A stretch of DNA of 64,000 nt, taken from positions 310,001-374,000 of the forward strand of contig QPMI01000457.1 in NCBI GenBank assembly GCA_004431415.1, read 5' to 3'. Positions 34,886-45,867 of this stretch are shown here, one piece after another (within the stretch, counting starts at the first letter, position 1; each line of letters begins with the position of its first letter). The notes below the pieces were generated by a model. That model was not told the origin of the DNA. It ran no database searches and saw nothing but the letters and a program-made list of their open reading frames with translations. Both the position numbers and the translations under genes were made by a program. The stretch comes from Cyanophora paradoxa CCMP329 (Eukaryota > Plantae > Glaucophyta).

Positions 34886-37701
34886 ATGGAGGCTAGCGAT
34901 AGAGTTCCGACCCGCCTCTCTCGCCTGGCGGCCGCGGTCTTCCGGCGCATCGATATCCCCTTCGCGGGCCAGCTCCTGCACCTGAGTGGAAAGAAGCGGA
35001 GCCGCGCGGTTTTCGAGGGATCGGACAACGACAGCAGCGAGGACGAAGACTTGACGTCGATTCCGAAGCTCCGCGCCCAAATCGTCCGCGAGAAAGAGAA
35101 GTTATCTGCGAAGACGGCCCTCGGCGAGGTGCGCTACGCTTATCCGGAGGTCCAGCTCCCGTCCGCTGTGCGGTGCACGCTGCGCCGGCGTCAGACAGCT
35201 CCGACCCATGTCCGTCCGGATCCCTGACGCGTGCCGCGGTTCACATGCGCAGCGCATCGCAGATCGTGGCTGTACAGACGGAACGCGTCGTCGCCTCTTC
35301 GCCGCTGGCGAAGCCCGAGCTGCTCGAGAGGATCAAGCTGCTCAAGGAGCTCCTTTCCTTTATGGACGCGCGGAAGGCAACGGCGCTGCGCGCGCGCTGC
35401 GCGCGCGTTTCCGTGGCTGTCCGGAAGGGGAAGGAGAAGGACCTGGCGCCCGCCCTTCCCTCCTCCACGTCTTCAAGTTGATCGTGCAGGTTCGCGCGAG
35501 GCTGATCCAGTCCCCCGTTCCCCCTTCCCCCCTTCACCTCTCTCAAGCGCTCGCGATCGTATCTAACGCGGGGGGCCGGGGCGCAGCGGGGTGAGGAGGA
35601 CGGGCACTTGCTCGAGGCGCATCGGCTGCTTTGCACTGCGATGCGTGTCTCCCGCCGCTGGCGCCGCCTCGCCTAACACCACAGCCTCTGGTCCACATTC
35701 CACCTACGGCGCGCCAGCCCGCCCTCCCGCCCTCCCGCCCGCGGCCTCCCACCGTCGTCCGTCCCCCGGCTGACCGCCCCGCGCAGCGTGCACGCGCTGC
35801 AGCTGCCGTGGGCCTCCCACGCGCTGGCGACGCTGCGCCGATTTCGTTCCCTCTCCCACCTCCACCTGGACGTCATCGTGGGGGGGTACCGCCTACATCA
35901 CCCACGATGACGCTGACTTCGATGTTGAGGAGGAGGAGAGGCGCTGCCTTTCGCTCCTTGAGAACGCCGAGGAAGGGGTAGCGGGCCCGCCGCCCCTCCA
36001 CCGCGTCCGCGCGCTCCACCTCCGCATCTTCGAGGCTCGCCGGCGCCGCCCGGCGCAGCCCCCAAGCGCGCCCCCCGCTGAGACCTCGGGTGCCGCTCAG
36101 ACGCAGCGGACCCTCGTGGACAAGGATAGCGCAGGGAGGCTGGCACCCGTCCCCGCACACCTCTCCTGGCTGCCCTCCTGTACCTCCGACGCTATCGAAG
36201 CCCTCGACACGCGCATTTGCAACTTCAGCACGCACATGCACACGCATGTTGAGACGGGTGCGATCTCCCTGGCCCGGACCATGGGCGGCTGCCGGCTCGC
36301 CCCATTGAGCGCCCCCCAGTGCGCCTCCTTCGTCTGCCGGAGCGCTTCCCCAACCTGTTGAACATCGCGCTATCCGGTGAGATCGGTTTCCCCTCTTCTG
36401 AGCTCGGCCTCTTCAGCTGTCCCTCCAACCGCCTCCTACGGTGCCTTTCTCCTTCCCCCCTCTTTCTCTATCTCTCTCTCTCTTTCTCTTCCCCCTCCTT
36501 TCATCTCCTCCCCCTTCCCCCCATCCTCGCCCTCCCCCCACCGCACCCCCTCTCTTCCCCCCCCTTCCCCAACCCCCCTCCCTCCCCAACCTCCCCCCCC
36601 CCCCCCTTCTTCTGCCCCTCTGCCAGCGGCGGCTGCCTAATCGCCCGCCAGGCTTGACTTCCCCGCGCACTTCGGGGGCCCCGACAACCCTCCGGCCAAC
36701 CTTCAGCTGCAGCGAGAGGTCCGCCAGCGCGCTCCCTCCCTCGCCCGGCGCTTCCTTGCTGACCCCGAGCGTCCCGCGCCTCCGTGCCTGTCTGCAGTTC
36801 CCGGAGCTGTGCTTTCTTCGACGAGCCGTGGCTGAAACCGCGGATGGCCTGGCACAGCTGGCGGACGCTTTCGCGCGCCCCGAGGGGGCCCCCGAGGAAC
36901 CTTCGGCGGAGCTCATCAAACTGGAGGCGCTGGACGTCGACTTCGGGGAGGAGGGGCAGCCGGGCGGCCCCAGCGGCGCGCGGGAGCTGATGCGCGCCTG
37001 CCTGGGGCGCGCCGAGCCGCGCGCCCTCGTGCTCAGCGCCTGCGCCGGCCTCCGAGGCTCGGCCGAGCCCTCGGCCCCTGCGTCCGGTGCGGCCCGCCCC
37101 ACGATCGCGAGGCACGTCCCTCCGGATCCGCGCCTCCCCGACCGCCCCGCGCCGCAGGAGCCTCGTGCTCGACTCCGCGGCGCTCGTGCGCCTGCGCCCC
37201 GAGGGCCCCCCGTGGCTCGCCAGTGAGCGCCGCCCCGCCGCTGCATCCTCCTTAAGCTTGCAATCACCGACCCGAGCGCCCAGGCGGGCCGCCCTCGGCC
37301 ATGAAACTCGCGCTCGAGTTCGACCCCAGCGTACAGTGCGCTCTTTGCCCCGGCGGGGGCGCGCCCCGTTTCCGTCCCCCGCACCTACTGACCCTTCCGG
37401 CCCCTCCAGGTACACCCCCGCCGCCGTCGCGCGGCTCGGCGAGGCCGCGATGGCCCTCCCCTCCTTGCGCCGGCTCGTCCTCCGCGGCGCCGGCGCCGAG
37501 CTATAGCTAGCGCTCCTCGGCGGAGCGCCCCGCCTCGCGGCCGTGCGTACCGGGCTCGGCCTGGGCCCCGTGGAGATCGTCGAGAAGGGCCCGAGGGCGA
37601 ACGCCCGAGCGGCGGATCCGGCCGCCGCGGGCCTCTGGCTCGCCTCGTCCTTCCTCGTACGCGTCGCGCAGCAGCAGGCGCCGGCGCCTGCGCCCGGGTA
37701 G
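34886..37701 (+). pseudogene. Disrupted F-box/LRR-like gene
   Basis: F-box-like ALP(S)LHVFKLIVQ...LLCTAMRVSRRWRRLA*HHSLWSTFHL with an in-frame TAA at 35674-35676. In-frame TAG at 37504-37506 within LPSLRRLVLRGAGAEL*LALLGGAPRL. Frameshifts near 35460 and in the G7 run at 35880. Confidence 0.55.
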
Positions 37702-37915
37702 CCGCACAGCATTTATATGTAGCAATATCCGATCCGACTACGCAGCATCATTAATATTATGCTAGTATGTAAAGCGCGTATCGATTTCCAATTTGCGACG
37801 CTGCGTTCGCAGCCTGGGGGGTACAGCCTTGGCAGTGTCCAAGATAGCCTCGACGTCGACCTCCTCTGCGACGTCCCAGGCTCCTAGCCAGCTCCAAGCC
37901 TAGCCAGCCGACGCC

Positions 37916-38925
37916 ATGAACGGGTCAACCCCCATGCGCTCACCGCTTCGCGCGGGCGAGGACCTTTTCAACAAGAGCACCGGCGCAAACTCACCCACGG
38001 GCCGGGCTGGTACCGCGTCTCAGGCCGCGACGACCATGATTGCAGCTAGCGACCTTCTCCAGTGCGCCCCGCGCGCGTCGAATCTCCAGACCATCGCGCT
38101 GAAACCGACTCTCCGACTCCAGGGACGTGAACCAGGACCTCGTTGGCCACGTCGCGGCTCGCAGGCAAGTCCTTTGAGCCGCGCATTCGCGCCCCCGCAC
38201 CAGCGCTATGCCGTGCGGGTCTCGATGGGTGTCGCTGCGCACCTACTCACCAGACACGCGCCCCCGCAGGCAAAGGGACGCGAAGATCGAAATGCTCCTT
38301 CAGACAGTCGCGGACCTTCAGCGCCAGGTTGGCGGCCTGCAGGCGAAAGTTGACAGCATGCACACAGGCAAGGCTCCGCGCCGCGCCCTTCAGTCGCCGG
38401 CCCGCCGCCGCGAATAACCTCAATTAGGCGGCTCCGGTGTCGAGAAGTCGCTCGCGCAGGAGATTGCGGCCCGTGAGGTGTGCCCCCGCGCTCGCGGCGC
38501 TCCGCAGCTCTCGCCGTGTCTGAGCGGCTCCGCAGAATCTCGAGAAGAACACCCAGAAGTGAGATTCGATCCTAGATGTGATCGGCCGGCGCCTGCGGGC
38601 GCGATGCGGAGCGCTGACGCGCGGCGCCCGCCCGGCAGGGGTCTCGACACGCTGCGCCGCGCTCTGCTGCAGGACCTCGCGGAGGTGCCGCCGCCGCTGC
38701 CGCCGCCGCTCGTTGCGCGGTGCGGGCCTCACACGCCGTCGCAGGCGATTGCCAAGGAGAAGGCGGAGCGCGAGCAGGCAGACACCGACCTCGGCGCCCT
38801 CATCGAGCGCCACATCGCCAAGGTGCGGCTCCTTCCCCCCCCTTTCTCCCCGTACCCCCGCCAACCCTCTCCCCCCCCCGCAGTTCCGGGAGAGCCTCGA
38901 GGTGGCTGAAAGCCCGCTGGCCTGA
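37916..38925 (+). CDS. Small hypothetical coiled-coil protein, multi-exon
   Basis: Exons such as DAKIEMLLQTVADLQRQVGGLQAKVDSMHT and AIAKEKAEREQADTDLGALIERHIAK|FRESLEVAESPLA-stop, separated by typical introns. Confidence 0.45.
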
Positions 38926-39283
38926 GGGCGGATCGGCGCCTGACGCCCCCGCCAGTTGGGGGACGTGCCCATGACCCCCATGAGGCAGTGATGATCCAGC
39001 AGCGCATCCCCCGAGGCCACCTCGTCCGCTACGCCGGTCTCGCCACTGAGTCCACCCGTACCCCTTTTTCCGCCCGCCCCGAGCTCCCGTAGATCTGTAC
39101 CCCCTCCGCTTTTTCGTTGGCAGCGCGCATCCCTTCGTATCCAGTTTTTCTTTTGGATTCGGTTGCGCCGGTCGTCTAGCGCCCTCGGCGGCCGGTGCCG
39201 GCAGAGAGCCCCCTAGCGTGTAGTCATTCGGACGCGTGTTTGCGGCTCGACCCCCGTGTATTCAACTATTCGCTCAGCTTCGC

Positions 39284-40922
39284 CTAGTCGTCGCCGGGCT
39301 GAGCGGCTGCAGCGCGGGCCTGGGCCTGGGACTGGAGGGCGTCGAGGGCGGAGAAGAGTGCCTGGAAGTCGCCGGGCAGGGGCGCCGCGTACTCGGCCTC
39401 CAGGCCCGTCCCCGGGTGCCGCACCGCCACGCGCGACGCGTGCAGCGCCTGCCGCCCGATGAGCGCGGGGCACAGCACGCCTGCCGGCGGGGTACGGTCA
39501 AGGGGGCGAGCTGGTGGAAGGAGAAGAAGCTTCGGGCCGGCACCGTACTGGGAGTCCCCGAGGAGGGGCAGGCCGGCGTGGGCGGCGTGGATGCGGATCT
39601 GGTGCGTCCGGCCCGTGAGCGGCTCGCACCGCAGCAGCGCCGCGCCCCGCCACCGCCGCCGCCTCCGCTCCCACGCCGCGTCCAGCTCGTGCTCCTGGGG
39701 GCGGCGTGAGGCGTGAGGGGGAGGAGGGCAAGGGGAGGGCGCGGGGGGCGGCCGCGGGGGGCGGGCGGGCCTCGGGGGGGGCGTCCTCGGCGTCGAACTC
39801 GGCGTCGGGCCAGGAGCGCAGAACCTCGAAGTCCGTCGCCCCGAACTTACCCTCCGGGTGCACGCACCGCCGGAACTGTTCGGATTCGATGGCGGGGCCG
39901 GGGGGCGCGGGCGGGGGCCGGGGCCGGCTCGCCTTGGAGCCCTCGAGGCGCTCGATGGCGGCCTCCACGCGGAAGGGGTACGCGGAGGGGCGCCCGGCGA
40001 CGACGGCGAGGTACTCCTTGCGCGGCGTCCGCTTGATGAACTGCTTGTGCAGGTCCCGCACCGCCTCGTAGTCCTTCGCGAAGACTGCCCGGCCCCGAGA
40101 GGGTGAGGCGGCGCGCGCGGCGCGGAGCGGCGCGGGGCGCGGCGCTGAGGTAATGCGGGCCGGCGCTGCGCGCACTGGCAACTCCGGAGGTGCCCTGCGC
40201 GGAGCTCGGGTTAGATCGTGATCAGGAGTGGAGGAGCGGGGCCGGGGGCGCGGGGATCCGGAGCAAGGGCACCTGGTCGAGCCTGTGCACGACGCGCGGC
40301 TCGGTGCCCAGCCTGTGCACCACGCGGTTCACCAGCGTTCCGCTAATCCACCGGTTGCGCGGCTGGAAGGCCAGGCCCGCCGGCTGCCGAACGCGTCGAT
40401 GCTGAGCGCGGGCCGGCTGGCGGGCCGCGGGCGGGCGGGGGCGCGCCTTGCAGACGACGAGAAGGCGATCGTCCTCGTGCAGCACGTCCAACGGGCCCGG
40501 GTCCGCCTCGAGCGGCTGCCGAGGGCTCGGCCCGGGGGCGTCGCAGTTGCGCGGGGCGTGCGCTGGCCATGGCCCTAGTGCGATCGCTGGCAGACGGACC
40601 TTCTTGCCCTTCTCTGGAGGCCACATCGCTGCCCAGAGAGCTTTCTGAGCCTCACTCGGTTCCTCTCGTCTGGCCCCGCTGCGCGGCGCGCCCTCGGCGG
40701 CAGCGCTCGCTGTCTACGGCGCTCCACTTAGCGCGGGCACCCTCGGGGCTAGAGCAGGCGCACCGCTACAGCGCCACATCGCTCGAGCTTGTGCTTCCGC
40801 AGGGTAGCGCGTGCCCGGAGCCGCGCCGCGCATCCCACGAAAGCTGGCGGCGGAGCGGTCGCGCGCAACCGGCGCGTTATCACCCGGCCGGCGGAGACGC
40901 CGCAGCTTAAGCTGAAAAACAT
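39284..40922 (-). CDS. RluA/RluD-family RNA pseudouridine synthase with organellar targeting extension
   Basis: DVLHEDDRLLVVCK|PAGL, VVHRLDQ (catalytic Asp), KEYLAVVAG, TGRTHQIRIH and RQALHASRVAVRHP. Exon 1 reads MFFSLSCGVSAGRVITRRLRA (basic, Ser/Ala-rich). Confidence 0.88.
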
Positions 40923-41329
40923 CCCGCTGGACCCCGCACGCCTGTGCACGGCTGCCCGCGCTCCAAATTTAGTGTAGCCCCCCAAAAGCAGCTGCCAGCT
41001 GCCAGCAGCCCAACGGGTGGTCCTAGACTAGCGCCGCAGCCGAACGTGAGTTTTATAGCGGAAACATTCGCCCGTGTGCGTGGCGCTGGCTCGAGTTCGT
41101 CGGCTCTCGGCGTCGGCGGGGGACATGGCTCCCCGTGCTTTGCAGCCACGTCAATGCGCAAGCTCAGCAAATGCATCCAGCGAGCCCGTCCGATCGACGC
41201 CAGAGCCTTTTGGCACGTCGGACTGCTGCCAGAGCCTCCGCAAGGCTCCGGCTGGACACTCCAGGAGCTGCAGCCCAGGCGGCGCTCCAAGCAGCTCGTC
41301 GCGAACATGCAGAAGCCTCCTCTCGCAGT

Positions 41330-42042
41330 CTCGCCTACATCTCCTCGCGCTTGTGTTCATCTTGGCCTTGTCCACCGTCGACGCCTTCAAAGTGACAGTG
41401 CGCTCCCCTTTGGTTATCTAGTTATGCTACAAGAGTCCTTAGGGCTGGCAAGCCTGTCGCCGCTAGCCCCCGACTGCGGGCGCCCGGCAAGTTCGCGTCT
41501 CATGGTCAGCTAGCTAAAGCACCACGCAGACGGGGACGCCGTACACCGATCCTGACTGCACGACAAAAGGGCCGAGCTTCATCGAGTGAGCAGGCGGCCC
41601 CGTCGCTTCTTCACCACGCCCGCTAACCCCGAAGCAGGCGTGTCTCGGAGGAGCAGCCGCAGGGCATTGTGCGCCGCCGCCAGCGCCTCGGGTCGCGCTG
41701 ATCCTGATTTTTTACTTCTTTCGAACGCAGTGCATGACGTACGACAACTCGAAGACGTCGGAAAAGCGGACCTGCGTCGATGGTCCGCTCTGCAGCGATC
41801 GCAGCCGCCCCCGCCCAGGGCGCCTGACGTCGCCTGCAGGGAAGCTCATGCTTCAGACGTACCTTTCGAGCGACTGCACGGGCATCCAAAGGAGCACGTC
41901 GGAGACGGTGCAGTGTGCGGGCTCCGCCGCCTTCGGCATCTACACCAAGACCGTCTGCAGCGCCGCCGCCCGCACCGCCTCGCCCCTCGCCGGCACCATC
42001 CTCCTTTTCCTCGCCTTCGCCGCCCTTGGCCTCGTCCTCTAG
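41330..42042 (+). CDS. Small Cys-rich secreted, probably GPI-anchored surface protein (start codon not located)
   Basis: Signal peptide-like LHLLALVFILALSTVDAF; Cys-rich exons (YTDPDCTT, CMTYDNS, YLSSDCTG, KTVC); C-terminal SAAARTASPLAGTILLFLAFAALGLVL-stop with no cytosolic tail. Confidence 0.6.
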
Positions 42043-42376
42043 TCCTTCTCGCACGCCCCCGCCTACCCTCCCCTCTCCCGCTTCGAATGCCCCCACCCGG
42101 CGACCCCTCGTCTGCAGAGCCAGCCCTCCTCGGCTCATCCCCGCCTCGTCCTACGATGTGCCGATCGATAATTCATTACTAATCAGGAAGAACGTGTCTA
42201 CATTGCGGCGGCACTGCAGCACTGACGGACATCAACGGCGAGGACACAGCTGTTCAGATCGCGCGCAGCGATGAGAGCCCTCGAGATCGGGATCGGAAAG
42301 CGCATGCGCAGCGCTCAGCCGCGCTCGTCTGCGGAGCCGAGGGCGGCCTCGCTTCACGCGACGGGGCGCGCGCGCC

Positions 42377-42595
42377 TCACTGCTGACCTTCGTCAGAGAG
42401 CTCCTCCGCCGGCGGCGGCGCCTCCTCTTCCTCGCGGCGGCGGGCGAGGCCGAGGTTGTCGCTCGCTACCTGCAGCCGCTCCTCCGCGGGAAGCGGGCGG
42501 TCCGAGCCCCCCGTGCGCTCCGCGAGGTCCCGCTCGAACTGCGCGTCCCGCTCGCTCCGCCGCGCCTGCTCCGCCAGGATGTCCTTCCCGCTCAT
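42377..42595 (-). CDS. Small acidic hypothetical protein (72 aa)
   Basis: MSGKDILAEQARRSERDAQFERDL...EGQQ-stop with GC3-rich codons, directly after an acceptor-like CAG. Confidence 0.35.
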   Translation of the reverse strand: MSGKDILAEQARRSERDAQFERDLAERTGGSDRPLPAEERLQVASDNLGLARRREEEEAPPPAEELSDEGQQ

Positions 42596-42981
42596 CCTGG
42601 GGCAGGAAAACTCTAAGCAGACGATCTGAACGCGAGAGCGCGAGCGGAAATGAGAAATGGGGCCGCACTCGTTCACATTCGAAGCGCGGCCAGCGTCCTC
42701 GCCGCCGGTCTGCGTCCATGTGGCGTCAAAGAAATACGCTCAAATGAGGCGCAGCGAAGTCGATCGCGAGCGACAGCGACGCGCAGCGCTAGCTGAGAAC
42801 AGGGAGGCGGCGCCGGCGCGCGGCGCACGGTGTTGGCCGCGTTCTTGACCTTCTGGCCTGCGCGCACTTTAGTGAGGCGACGCCGCGCGCCCCCCCGCCC
42901 GCCCTGCGGACCTTGGCGCGGCATTTTCACTGAAGGACTGTACCCAGGAGCCGCGACAAGTCCTCTACCCCCCCAACGAGC

Positions 42982-44041
42982 ATGCACGCCTTCGCGGCCG
43001 CCTGCGTACCGCCTGCGTTCGAGGCGCCAGCCGCGCCGATAGCGACAGCGGCTGTATCTTCGCGCTCCTGCGAGCCGGCGGCCGGGCGGCGTGTGCGGCG
43101 GGTCGCGGCTGCGGCGTCGGCGGCGGGCCCAGATTCTCGAAGAGCGGCATACTCGCCGTCATGCGAGCCCGTTCGCGCGCCGGAGACTCCGCCGGCCATT
43201 TCTGCGTGGCGCTGCGGCGGTTCGCGTGCGGCGGAGCGGTCGCTGACGGCCTGCGGCTGGCTCGCCGGCAGCAGCTTCTTCGAGCGCTTCTACGCAGCTG
43301 GCCTCCGCTTGGCCGCTGGATCCGGAGCTGAGCGGCCGCAGCAGGCGATGCGCATGACGTCGCGGCAGCCGCCTCAAGATCACCCGCCGACCGAGCGGCC
43401 CCAGCGCCATTCTGGCAGCGCGGCGAAAGCCGCGGCGCCGCAGCGGCGCGTCTACAGGCCCCCGCCGCCGCCCGTGTCGGACTTTTTCCCGTCGGACCTT
43501 CTCGCGGGGGACCTCCTCGCGCTCGCGGCGGCCTCCTTCGCGCTGCACGCGCTGGAGCCGTCGCTGCTCCCGCCCGGCGAGGCGGCGCGGCTACTGCTGC
43601 AGCGCGCCTCGGAGCGGGACCTGCTCTTCTGGCCGGAGAGCGCGTGGGACGTCTTCTTCCCCTTCCTCCCCTGCTGGCTCGTCTCGGCGCGGCTGCACGG
43701 CTCCGCCACGCCCGGCGCCGTCAGCGACGTGCAGTCGGCCGCCGCCGCCTCCTTCCACACGTGGCTCGTCGCCGCGCCCGCCGCCCTCCTCCTCCGCCTC
43801 GTCGTCCTCCACGCGTACACGGGGCCCCTGACCCCGGCCTACGCCACCGCCTTCTTCGCCGTCACGCTCAGCTTCGCGGTGCGGCCCGCCCCCTCTGGCA
43901 AGAGCCGCCGAGCTCGAGCCCCGCCCCGGGCCCGCCGCGCCGCTCATGCCCCGCCCGGTACCCCGGGCCCGCTGCTCTGCGCAGGTCGCGTGGAGGGTGG
44001 CGTACACCGTGATACACCTCTCCCGCGGCCAGCAGTCGTGA
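42982..44041 (+). CDS. DUF3054-like membrane protein with plastid transit peptide, 2 exons
   Basis: AGDLLALAA, PFLPCWLVSA, TWLVAAPAALLLR and, after an intron ending 43984, VAWR match the DUF3054 pattern. The N-terminal extension begins MHAFAAA and is Ala/Ser/Arg-rich. Confidence 0.65.
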
Positions 44042-45867
44042 CGCGGCCGCGCGCGGCTGCGGCTGCGGCATCGATCGGTGTCGCGATCGGCGTGCCCGAC
44101 CGCGTGTGTATAGGCAGCAATAGCTTGCTGCAGGTATGCGCAGAGACAGTACTATTCCCCGGCATTCTTTATCATAGTAGATGTGTAGCATTGTGTACTA
44201 TAGTTCATCCTTTCACTCAATATGTCCCATCTGCAGTCTCGGAGAGATCTTTGCACGCAGCTCCTCCCCACCCTGATCGTGACAGTACTAGTGTCAGCCT
44301 GGCAGATTTTTCATTCACTGAGTCACGAAGTCTCATGATCAGAGTCTTCGGAAAAATAGCACACGTACGCAGCTCATGATCAGCTGCAGGCGGCTCCATG
44401 ATTAGGGCCCCGGGAATAGATTATAATATTAGAGTCCCGCAGCAGATTTAGAGCCTCGTAGTCCGGGATCCCGCGCGCGCTTTAGCTTCGGCGCCTTGAG
44501 CGGCGAGCTCCGGATCCGGCCCAGCGGTTTTAATTAACGTTTCTTGAACTCGCGTCTAGATATCGATCTAGATCCGCATCGATATCCTCGCGCGCGCAGC
44601 TCGAGCTCTTCGAATTCCGAGTTGATATGCCGCAGTGCATGATCATGATATCAACTTGGCAAAGCATGCACATTTCTCATGCCGAGTCGATGCAGCTGCC
44701 GACTTCCCTTGAGCTTCGAATTCGCGCGCCACCGGTACCGTACCGCGGGCCGCAGTACTAAGTACCGGATCTAGATCTAGAGGTCCCGGGCCGGAACTCG
44801 AACTTGGAACTCGGAACCCTAGGCCTCAGTGCCTAGCCTACCGGTAGGCCTCTCAGCCTTAGCCAGCCTACCGGTAGGCCTCTCCGAGGCTCAGGCTAGC
44901 GCTAGATCGGTCAGCGACGGTACCGGTCACCGTGGCACTGCGGCACTCGAGCTCGGCGGCCTCGGCTTCGAGCTCCCTCGGCGCCCGGCGGCCCAAATCT
45001 CTGCCAGTGCCCGAGTTTTCGCCACAGGGCCAGGAAATCCTCCTAGCGCGCGGCTAACTCGTAGCGAAAGGCCCTGAGGCTTACGCTTGCCTCCGAGGCT
45101 AGAGCTCGAGCTCGAGCTCTCGAGCTCGCCGGGCTCGGCGCCGCCGCGTCGGCCGGGCCCAGCCCTCGACTCTCCGTGCCCGTCGGCCGACAGTCGATCC
45201 GGAGTCCGGTCGGAGTCCGGAGTCCGGACTCCGGAGTCCGGACCCCCCTCGAAGCCTGCCGGCGCCAGGCTGGCAAGTGCTTCTGCAGCCTCGCGAAGGC
45301 CGCGCGCACCGCGGCGGCCGATCATCGGATATATATCGATCGCCGCGGCGCGAGGCCGCGCCGCGGGTCGACGCCGTGACGCGTACGACTTGATCGCGAC
45401 TCGCCGCGGACGCATTCATGCGTCATGATCAGGGCATCTGACGCCGGAAGTTGACCGTCGGACGGAGTCCGGATCCCCGTCACCGGCGTCACCGCCGTCA
45501 CGGCGTCACTGATCATGACGTCGACTCAGCTTCAGCCTTCAGCCTTCAGGCTTTTTCCGAAGTCGAAGCCTTGAAGCTTTTAAGTGGCGGCGTACGCGCA
45601 GTGTCGTCGCGCACCGTATACGTAGTACCGCGGCGTACGTATACGTCATGGCGGCGTGATGGTGCTGTGGGCCTGTGGCACATCCACTGCGCATGCGCCT
45701 GGCGGCCGCGCCAACTGCAGCGAGCGCATCGACATCGGCGCGAAGCGCGGTCCTGGAGCCTCGGAGCGGAGCCTCGGAGGGAGCACACGCGAGCCGACGA
45801 CGTCGCTTTTATTCGCACGTACGCGTGCACCACGTACGCGTCGCTTGAGCTAGTAGCCTACAGCTTC

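Noticed and set aside
35674-37506. Possible TAA/TAG stop-codon reassignment
   Set aside because: The dynein coding sequence has no in-frame TAA/TAG, and CFAP100, UBX, RluA and the LRR-PH gene end at TAG. The affected gene also has frameshifts.
19334-37701. Ubiquitin-system gene cluster (UBX, SUMO-like, F-box)
   Set aside because: These are common families interspersed with unrelated genes, with no evidence of functional linkage.
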